A stretch of DNA of 64,000 nucleotides. Origin: a virus. The notes beneath the pieces were generated by a model. The model saw only the letters and a list, made by a program, of their open reading frames with translations, was not told where the DNA came from and made no database searches. Within the stretch, counting starts at the first letter, position 1. The number at the start of each line of letters is the position of its first letter. The stretch is from positions 30,384-94,383 of the IMG/VR virus record IMGVR_UViG_3300037201_000018. One strand, 5' to 3'. The position numbers and the translations under genes are program-made. Below are positions 19,188 to 26,516 of this stretch, in pieces.

Positions 19188-20357
19188 ATGAACGAAGCTG
19201 AAGCAATCGCGAAGATGATCGGACCCGGTCAGCGTCGACCGAGGAAGAGTTATCGTGAAGGCGTGATGCAGATCTGGACCACGAACGTCTGCGACAAGGC
19301 GTGTTTTGGATGTACCCAGCTCGGACAGATCAAGTCGCCGAAGAGGTTCATCACGCCGGAGCAGTTTGAGCAGGCAGTCATCAGTCTTGGATTCGAGAAG
19401 GGGGACGGTTTACCTTCTTGGCGAAACGGAATGCCCTCAGAATCTTATTTTGGAGTTGTTGGAGTTTTCGGTGCCAACCCCGCTCTTCATCCTCAGTTCG
19501 ACGATCTCTGCGATGTCTTGCAGACCTACGTCCCTTTCGAGCAGCGAGGACTCTGGTGCAACAACCCACTTGGTCACGGCAAGAAGATGCGAGAGACGTT
19601 CAACCCCGCGGTCAGCAATCTCAACGTCCACTTGGATCAGAAGGCTTATGACGAGTTCAAGCGAGACTGGCCGGAGGGGAACGTCTTCGGACTGCACGAG
19701 GACAGTCGTCACAGTCCCCCGTGGGTCGCGATGCAGGACATTATGATAAACATAGAAGATACTGTGACGCCACAGGGAATCGTCTCAAATTCTGAAGCTG
19801 AACGCCATTCAGTCAGCTTACGACACCTGACAGAAGAGGAGCGATGGACTCTCAAATCTGGCTGCGACATCAATCAATACTGGAGTGCGATGATCGGGGT
19901 CTTTCGGGGGGAGCTGAGAGGTTACTTCTGCGAGGTCGCGGGGGCTCAGGCGATCGCTCACCAGGACGATGATTGCCCCGACTGTGCGATGAGAATTGAC
20001 ACTGTGGACAGCGGTGAAGTCCTGCAACACTTCAAACGCAAGGACGGTTGCCCAACTTGCAAGGGAACCAGGCTCTATCCAGACCTCGGTTCAACGATCT
20101 ACGATGGCTGGTGGAAGCAGCCGATGGAAGCCTTCAAGGAACAGGCAAGGTTCCACTGTGACGCCTGCGGAGTTCCATTACGAGGCTACGGCGAACTGGC
20201 CCAATCCCACGAGGGACTCGAACAGGTCAGCAAGACCCACGAGGCGATCTTCAAGCCGAAGCGAAGCAGCCACCTCGTCCAGCTCGTAACCGACCGCAGC
20301 CAGCTCGGCAAACCCCTGGCGGTAATGACTCAATACCTGCAAAATTCTCATAAGTAA
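19188..20357 (+). CDS. radical SAM protein
   Basis: CDKACFGC (CxxxCxxC); FGANPALHPQF; C-terminal SPASM-like Cys. Confidence 0.8.
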   Translation: MNEAEAIAKMIGPGQRRPRKSYREGVMQIWTTNVCDKACFGCTQLGQIKSPKRFITPEQFEQAVISLGFEKGDGLPSWRNGMPSESYFGVVGVFGANPALHPQFDDLCDVLQTYVPFEQRGLWCNNPLGHGKKMRETFNPAVSNLNVHLDQKAYDEFKRDWPEGNVFGLHEDSRHSPPWVAMQDIMINIEDTVTPQGIVSNSEAERHSVSLRHLTEEERWTLKSGCDINQYWSAMIGVFRGELRGYFCEVAGAQAIAHQDDDCPDCAMRIDTVDSGEVLQHFKRKDGCPTCKGTRLYPDLGSTIYDGWWKQPMEAFKEQARFHCDACGVPLRGYGELAQSHEGLEQVSKTHEAIFKPKRSSHLVQLVTDRSQLGKPLAVMTQYLQNSHK

Positions 20358-20369
20358 TCGAGCAACGTG

Positions 20370-20675
20370 ATGCCTAAATTCAGAAAGAATCCGATTGTAA
20401 TTGAAGCGTTCTGCTGGCTTAAAAATGGAGATCACCCAGAAGACGGGCCGGCTGAGACAGAGGGTAAAGTCGTTCGATACTTTCGCCATCCACAAGTGGC
20501 TGCCGACAAGTGTTGTCCGCATTGCCTAAACGCCATGAATGACCACGGATTTATGGACACACACGAAGGCGGATATACTGTTTGCCCTGGCGACTGGATT
20601 ATTACGGGCGTGAAGGGCGAGCGTTATCCGTGTAAGCCAGATATCTTCAGGGCGACTTACGAGGAAGTGAAATAA
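20370..20675 (+). CDS. PGDWI/PGDYG-type phage protein
   Basis: RKNPIVIEA...PGDWIITGVKGE.YPCKPDIF..TY motif. Confidence 0.75.
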   Translation: MPKFRKNPIVIEAFCWLKNGDHPEDGPAETEGKVVRYFRHPQVAADKCCPHCLNAMNDHGFMDTHEGGYTVCPGDWIITGVKGERYPCKPDIFRATYEEVK

Positions 20676-20676
20676 T

Positions 20677-21441
20677 ATGGACTCGGACTTCCCCAGTGCG
20701 ATGCTCCCCGAGATCGAGGAGTTCCTCTCGAAAGACAGCGAGAGAGAATCTGGACTCGATCTCTACCCAGGCGTCTTCGACACACAGCACTTCTTCCCGC
20801 TTCAGAGGAAGGAGGAGCTGAAGAAGATGATCCAGACGGCTCGGAAGGTCGAGCCGAAGGTCATCATGGAGATCGGAGCAGATAAGGGGGGAGGACTGTA
20901 TCACTGGTGTAAGTGCTTCCCCAGCGTCGAGAGAATCATTGGATGTGAGATACGAGGGACACCGTACTCCAGCCTCTTCGAGCGGTCCTTTCCGAATGTC
21001 AACTTCCTCTGGCTGCCGGTGAGCAGCTACGACAACAAGACGCTGAACGCTGTTCACAGGTGGCTCGGCGAGGAGAGACCCGACAGGCTGAAGATCGACG
21101 TCCTGTTCTGTGATGGCGAGAAATCGTACTTCAAGAAGGACATCGACGCCTACCTACCCTTCATGTCCCCGAAGGGGGTTATGTTCCTGCACGACATCAC
21201 GGACTGGGATGGTCCCCCGCAGGCGTTCGAGTACGCCCAGAGTCTGGGTTTCAGGACCGAGACGATCATCGACAAGTCAGACACGATGCAGTCGCTCGGG
21301 AGGGCGATCCAGGGTCAGGCAGCGACGACTCCCTACGAGAGCTGGCTACGGCACTGGGCCGGGACCTCGTGCGGGGTCGGGGTCGTCTGGATGAGAGAAT
21401 CTCAATTTACTGTCAACGAAAGGAAGTTTAGAGATGAGTAG
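20677..21441 (+). CDS. class I SAM-dependent methyltransferase (Methyltransf_24-like)
   Basis: MEIGADKGG, DVLFCDG and MFLHDI motifs. Confidence 0.75.
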   Translation: MDSDFPSAMLPEIEEFLSKDSERESGLDLYPGVFDTQHFFPLQRKEELKKMIQTARKVEPKVIMEIGADKGGGLYHWCKCFPSVERIIGCEIRGTPYSSLFERSFPNVNFLWLPVSSYDNKTLNAVHRWLGEERPDRLKIDVLFCDGEKSYFKKDIDAYLPFMSPKGVMFLHDITDWDGPPQAFEYAQSLGFRTETIIDKSDTMQSLGRAIQGQAATTPYESWLRHWAGTSCGVGVVWMRESQFTVNERKFRDE

Positions 21442-21577
21442 CGGCAAACCAGTTCTACAGCCTCAGCCGACTTGCAAGCATGAGTGGGAGATCTCCCGCG
21501 TGAGGGTCGGCATCAACAAGTATGAGACCCGACATACCTGCAAGAAATGTGGGGAAACTAACCCACCAGGAAAGTAG
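21434..21577 (+). CDS. small Zn-ribbon protein (CKHEW...CKKCG), not in ORF track
   Basis: 47 aa ORF; same motif type as 22423..22614. Confidence 0.45.
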   Translation: MSSGKPVLQPQPTCKHEWEISRVRVGINKYETRHTCKKCGETNPPGK

Positions 21578-21578
21578 A

Positions 21579-22469
21579 ATGGCTAAAGAGTGCAAACTGA
21601 TAGGACAAGTTGGAGGAGTTTATCAGATTAGAAATACCTCAAACCAAAAAGCCTATGTTGGATCTACGAAGTGCTTTACTGGTAGATGGAAGACGCATAA
21701 GATCGCCCTTAGAAACGGCATTCACCCTAACAGATATCTGCAAAACGCTTGGAACAAGCACGGAGAAAAAGCATTCAAATTTGAGATCCTTATTAAATGC
21801 CGCTCTAGCTTGTGCTTGAAAAATGAGCAGAAGTGCATAGACGAAAGGACACTTAAAAATCTGTACAATCTTGCTCCAAAAGCTAACGGCGTTTTTGGAA
21901 TCAAATGGTCAGAAAAATCTAAAGAGGCTTTTCGGGCACGTTGGAATGAAATTTACTTAACTCCTGAATATATTCAGCACATGAAAGCTATCAAATTCGG
22001 AACAAAACGGTCAAAACAAGCCATAGAAAAACACAAACTGTGGATGAGTAAAAACCGAGCCAAACTCGGAGCAGCTATTAAGCGGGGTCTTGCCAATCCC
22101 GAGGCCAGAAGAAAAATGCGTGAGGCAGCTGCCAGACGTTGGGCATCGCGTAAGGCTGAGATTGCTAAAGTCAACGCAAATAATCGCAAAAATATAAACC
22201 CAGCGGTGTCAGAAGGTGCCAAGAGGGGCTGGATTACTAGAAAAGCTAATTACGGGACAGATGGGGGAGTCTCTGGGAAAATAGCAAATAAAGCTTTAAT
22301 AACCAGAAGACAGAGATATGGCCCCAGTGGAAGGTCTCCAAGAGCAGCGGCCGAACTAGAGAAGCATCGAAAGCAGGCAAAATTGAGGAAAGATAAATTC
22401 AGGAAGGAACTGGCAGAAATCTATGAAAATATTCTCACGAAAAGACGAAAAACCAACACCAGTATGTGA
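21579..22469 (+). CDS. GIY-YIG homing endonuclease
   Basis: GVYQIRN...AYVGS...RW..H...L..G.H.N..LQ.AWNK.G. Basic NUMOD-like tail; AT-rich. Confidence 0.85.
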   Translation: MAKECKLIGQVGGVYQIRNTSNQKAYVGSTKCFTGRWKTHKIALRNGIHPNRYLQNAWNKHGEKAFKFEILIKCRSSLCLKNEQKCIDERTLKNLYNLAPKANGVFGIKWSEKSKEAFRARWNEIYLTPEYIQHMKAIKFGTKRSKQAIEKHKLWMSKNRAKLGAAIKRGLANPEARRKMREAAARRWASRKAEIAKVNANNRKNINPAVSEGAKRGWITRKANYGTDGGVSGKIANKALITRRQRYGPSGRSPRAAAELEKHRKQAKLRKDKFRKELAEIYENILTKRRKTNTSM

Positions 22470-22614
22470 ACATCTATGGGTCAAGAAGTGTACTGGCGGA
22501 GTCTGTCAGGTCGTCTGCGTCCTCTGCGGTCAGAAGGGAACTAACGCCAGTTTACCCAAGATAGACCCAAAAGTGTTAGAGACTGTACGTAATCATCTAG
22601 GACCTTCAAAGTGA
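22423..22614 (+). CDS. small Zn-ribbon protein
   Basis: CEHLW...CVLCG motif. Confidence 0.45.
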   Translation: MKIFSRKDEKPTPVCEHLWVKKCTGGVCQVVCVLCGQKGTNASLPKIDPKVLETVRNHLGPSK

Positions 22615-22901
22615 ACGAGCAAGTGAGAAAAGAACGAACGCTGTCAGATGAAGAGTTAGGTGCAATTGAATTTCGTGTCAACGGTTGGTTGCCAACCGAT
22701 CCAGATTACGCAACAGAGGGGATGATCTCCCAAGAGATCCCGCTTCTCATCAGTGCATTACGTTCTACGAGAAATGCGCTCCGACAACAAACGGGACTCG
22801 TCGAGAACGCTCGTAAAGTTGTGGAAGAAGGACAATCTTGGTCGTTCTTTGAATTAGAAGAAGCTCGCCAAATCCTCCGAGCATTGGGAGAGGACAAGTG
22901 A
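22611..22901 (+). CDS. hypothetical protein
   Basis: Packed ORF. Confidence 0.5.
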   Translation: MNEQVRKERTLSDEELGAIEFRVNGWLPTDPDYATEGMISQEIPLLISALRSTRNALRQQTGLVENARKVVEEGQSWSFFELEEARQILRALGEDK

Positions 22902-23488
22902 ATGACCTGACCAAGAAGCTCGTTGAGATGTTCCCCAACGGCGGGTACTTCGTCGAGGCAGGGGCACACGACGGGATAGGCGACTCCCAGACCTATGAGT
23001 TAGAGCAACTCGGCTGGAACGGCCTCTGCGTAGAGCCCTCGTCAGCGTTCCACGGACTAACCGAGAGCCGCAGGTGCAGGCTAGACAACCGTTGCCTGTG
23101 GGACCACAACGGATTAGCTCCATTCACAGAGATCTCCGGAAATGACATCGAGCTAAGTGGTATCTCTGGGTCATTCAACTACGACGAACACGGCCGAGAT
23201 AACCTTTCTAGCTATGTCAGCTTAAAGCAGGCGGTCACTCTTACCGCGATGCTCAAGGATCACGACGCTCCCTCAGTCATCGAGTTCCTGGCATTGGACA
23301 CTGAGGGATCAGAATTGGCGATCCTCTCGGTTCACGACTTCGAGCGGTATCGGTTCCTGTTCATGGAGATCGAGTACCACACGGACAAGAGACGCGAAGA
23401 ACTGACTCAACTACTTGTACCGAAGGGATACCAACTCCACTCTGACGACGCGGTAAACTTGTTTCTGACCTACGGAAGGGAGATATAA
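22898..23488 (+). CDS. FkbM-family methyltransferase
   Basis: FVEAGAHDG..SQT, GW.GLCVEP and LDTEGSE motifs. Confidence 0.85.
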   Translation: MNDLTKKLVEMFPNGGYFVEAGAHDGIGDSQTYELEQLGWNGLCVEPSSAFHGLTESRRCRLDNRCLWDHNGLAPFTEISGNDIELSGISGSFNYDEHGRDNLSSYVSLKQAVTLTAMLKDHDAPSVIEFLALDTEGSELAILSVHDFERYRFLFMEIEYHTDKRREELTQLLVPKGYQLHSDDAVNLFLTYGREI

Positions 23489-23494
23489 TAGAAA

Positions 23495-23555
23495 TTGCGT
23501 GGCTAGGGTCGCTCCTGAAAAGCAGAAACCTCGCTGCCTGCCACGTAACTTTTTA
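23495..23555 (+). promoter_or_regulatory. structured leader (three-way junction followed by a U tract) upstream of HNH endonuclease
   Basis: TTGCGTGGC/GCCACGTAA outer stem with inner AGGG/TCCT and GCAG/CTGC hairpins, then TTTTTT. Confidence 0.45.
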
Positions 23556-23583
23556 ATTGAGGGCTACTGGGGGAGTAGAAAAC

Positions 23584-24234
23584 GTGACAGAGATTAAGGA
23601 CATTAAAGGACAGCGGTTTGGCAAGTTGGTAGTCTTAAGCTATGTCGGACAGAACAAGTTCAGGAAGGCCGAATGGAGGTGCCAATGCGACTGCGGTAAG
23701 ACTACAGTCACAACAGGAGGCGGATTAAGGTCAGGCAATACAACTAGCTGTGGCTGTTACCAGAGAGAAGCTAACAAAACCCACGGTGAGTCACGAGTCA
23801 ACAGTAAGGAATACAAAGCTTGGGGCGAGATGTTGAGCCGATGCCGGAACTCAAACGGGAAGGCATACCACAACTACGGCGGTCGGGGAATCAAAGTCTG
23901 TACTCGTTGGTTGTTATTTGTAAATTTCCTAGCTGACATGGGCCGTAAGCCAACTCCTCAACACAGCCTTGATCGTTATCCAAACAACAACGGCAACTAT
24001 GAACCCGGAAATTGCCGATGGGCGACCAAAAAGCAACAGGACACGAACCGCAGACAGACGCGACTGCACACATTCAATGGTGAGACGCTATGCGTTAAAG
24101 ACTGGGCTAAGAAATACGATCGAAGCTACGACGTGCTACTGAAAAGAATCCAGTCTGGATGGGACTTCGAGAAAGCCCTGATGACTCCCTACAAAAAATA
24201 CAAACTAAAAAGAAAGGAGGTGCACAATGGCTAA
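23584..24234 (+). CDS. HNH-type homing endonuclease
   Basis: GQRFGKLVV, W.CQCDCG, SCGC, YGGRGIKVC.RW and SLDR..NN.GNYEPGNCRWAT..QQ..N motifs. Confidence 0.85.
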   Translation: MTEIKDIKGQRFGKLVVLSYVGQNKFRKAEWRCQCDCGKTTVTTGGGLRSGNTTSCGCYQREANKTHGESRVNSKEYKAWGEMLSRCRNSNGKAYHNYGGRGIKVCTRWLLFVNFLADMGRKPTPQHSLDRYPNNNGNYEPGNCRWATKKQQDTNRRQTRLHTFNGETLCVKDWAKKYDRSYDVLLKRIQSGWDFEKALMTPYKKYKLKRKEVHNG

Positions 24235-24998
24235 TCCAATGGTGTTTAAGCATATCGAGCTGGAAATACTAACGGCTTGCGATTGTGCCTGCTTTTGGTT
24301 GTGATCGAATGAGCGACGTCACCAACGCACCGAACATGACGATCGAACAGGTCAAGCTGTTCGTCGACGAGAGCCTTGAACTCGACTGGGAGTGGGAGCG
24401 TATTCGATTGCTCGGGGGAGAGCCTACTCTACATCCCAAGTTCCGTGAGATCTGCGAAGAGCTGATTCGTTACCGTACCAAGTTCCCTGGCGTCTTCCTT
24501 CAGGTCCTCAGCAACGGACTCGGCAAGTTAGCCCAACACCAGGACTGGCTCGTCGAGAGGAACATCGACCCACACGTCGAGGCCAAGAACAAGACCGTCC
24601 AGCCTCACTGGTTCGTCAACACGAGGATCGTCCCTCTCGACAGAGACCCCGACTGCCCCGACCTACCGCCGTGCGGGATCTTCGGCGTTAGGGGCTGTGG
24701 GATCGGACTGACGAGGCACGGATACTTCCTCGATGGTGCTGGGGCCTCGATCGCTCGTATCGCTGGGTTCAACATCGGAGTCCAGCACCTCAAGAACGTC
24801 ACGATGGAGGCCATGCTCGAACAAGCCAAGCCAATCTGCAAGCGCTGCGGACACTGGAACGACCAAACGCCAGGAGTCCCATCAGTGACCAAAAAAGTTT
24901 CGGAGACCGGGATGACGACTGGGGCCTTCTGGACAGAGACCCTCGCGAAGTACAACAAGGAGAAGCCAGTCCTGACCGTCTACGGGAGCGACAGATGA
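24227..24998 (+). CDS. radical SAM protein interrupted by a +1 frameshift (extra T at 24293-24296)
   Basis: AGGAGG RBS + ATG 24227 gives MANPMVFKHIELEILTACDCAC; the next frame continues FGCDR...LLGGEPTLHP. The CxxxCxxC motif is split across frames. Confidence 0.75.
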
Positions 24999-25186
24999 CA
25001 AATGTACTTCAACGAGACACGACTAACGGCGTGCTGTTCGGCGTGTGTGCTGGACTGGCCAACTACTTCAGCGTCGACGTCACGCTCGTTCGCCTGGCAT
25101 TCGTCGTCGGCTTATTCTTCACGCTCGGCCTCGACGTGATTGTCTATCTGGCGCTGTGCTTCCTAGAGAAGCGACCGGAAGAGTAA
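24995..25186 (+). CDS. pspC: PspC-domain membrane protein
   Basis: L.R...NGVLFGVCAGLANYF.VD.TLVRL.FV...IVYL is the PspC signature. Confidence 0.85.
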   Translation: MTNVLQRDTTNGVLFGVCAGLANYFSVDVTLVRLAFVVGLFFTLGLDVIVYLALCFLEKRPEE

Positions 25187-25187
25187 C

Positions 25188-25766
25188 ATGACTAGAGATC
25201 GTTACTGCCTGCCTCAGAACTACATTACGAGGCCTGAGCCGATCTTCCACGATGATACGACGTTGAAGGACGAATACCAGAAGGAAGTGTACGCCGAGGC
25301 GAGAGACTACTACGACAGATACGAGTTCAACACAGTCCTCGACCTCGGCTGCGGCTCGGCGTTCAAGCTGCTCAAATACTTCCCCGAAGCCCTGACAATT
25401 GGAGTCGACCTGCCTTCTACCGTAGATTGGCTCCGCAGGAATCATACCGAGAGAGCCTGGAGGGATTGGGACGACGGACCCACGAACGCGGAGTTAGTGA
25501 TCTGCGCCGACATGATTGAGCACGTGAAGGACCCCGACGAGGTCATCAACTTCATCGAACGCTGCAAGCCAACCCTCATCGTGATCTCAACGCCAGACCG
25601 CTCGTTACTGGAGAAGGGCAAGGAAGGTCCACCGAATAACGAAGCCCACGTCCGGGAGTGGACCTTCGACGAGTTTGGTGAGTACCTCCGTCAGCGGTGG
25701 GTGATCATCGATCAGAAAGTAGTGAACTACCAACAATCAACCCAAGTGGCGGTCTGCCGACTATGA
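25188..25766 (+). CDS. class I SAM-dependent methyltransferase
   Basis: VLDLGCGS, ADMIEHV.DP, ISTP and HVREW motifs. Confidence 0.85.
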   Translation: MTRDRYCLPQNYITRPEPIFHDDTTLKDEYQKEVYAEARDYYDRYEFNTVLDLGCGSAFKLLKYFPEALTIGVDLPSTVDWLRRNHTERAWRDWDDGPTNAELVICADMIEHVKDPDEVINFIERCKPTLIVISTPDRSLLEKGKEGPPNNEAHVREWTFDEFGEYLRQRWVIIDQKVVNYQQSTQVAVCRL

Positions 25767-26338
25767 AACTCACGATCCTCATGCCGACGCTCGTCGAACG
25801 TCGTGACACGCGGAAGAAGTTGGTCAACGAACTCCTGAGACAGACGAGAGGCCACAGGAGAGACGTCGAGCTGTCAGTCTTCGAGGACGATGGGACGATG
25901 TTCTATGGGCGAAAGATGCACGTGATGTACTCCCAAGCGAAGGGAGACTACGTCTGCTGCGTCGACGATGACGACTGGGTTGCAGGTAACTACGTCGAGT
26001 GGATACTGAACGCGATTGCAATTGGGCCAGACGTCGTCACGTTCGACCTCTATCGCGTCGATCTTGCCCAGACCTGGACGTTCGGAACCAAGTACCAGGA
26101 CCGAGAGGTTGTTGGATCTAAGATTGGGATGACGGCGAATCACCTCTGCGTCTGGCGGAGGGAACTGGCTCAGTCGGTTCCCTGGCCCGACGAGACACAA
26201 GGGGCCGACGTCGCGTGGTACACTGAGATGCAGCGAAAGTATCCAGACGCTCTTGAACAGCACATCGACGCGATCCTCTACCTCTACTTCTTCGACCGCT
26301 CGGTCAGCCGCTGCCACGAAAGGTTAGATGATGAGTAA
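25763..26338 (+). CDS. glycosyltransferase family 2
   Basis: LTILMPT, AKGDYVCCVDDDD and GAD..W motifs. Confidence 0.8.
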   Translation: MKLTILMPTLVERRDTRKKLVNELLRQTRGHRRDVELSVFEDDGTMFYGRKMHVMYSQAKGDYVCCVDDDDWVAGNYVEWILNAIAIGPDVVTFDLYRVDLAQTWTFGTKYQDREVVGSKIGMTANHLCVWRRELAQSVPWPDETQGADVAWYTEMQRKYPDALEQHIDAILYLYFFDRSVSRCHERLDDE

Positions 26339-26516
26339 GTGGAAGAAAGACAATCTAGCCGCTGTAGTTGACGACCTCGTGAAAGGAAAGATAGATGAGC
26401 AAAAGGCGAGAGAAAGATTGGCGGTAATCATTGACGAATACGTCGTTGAAGCACTACAAGACAGGGACCACAGCGAAGAGTCTGCATTACAGAGATCGTT
26501 TAGGAGAGAACTATGA
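26328..26516 (+). CDS. hypothetical protein
   Basis: Packed ORF. Confidence 0.45.
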   Translation: MMSKWKKDNLAAVVDDLVKGKIDEQKARERLAVIIDEYVVEALQDRDHSEESALQRSFRREL

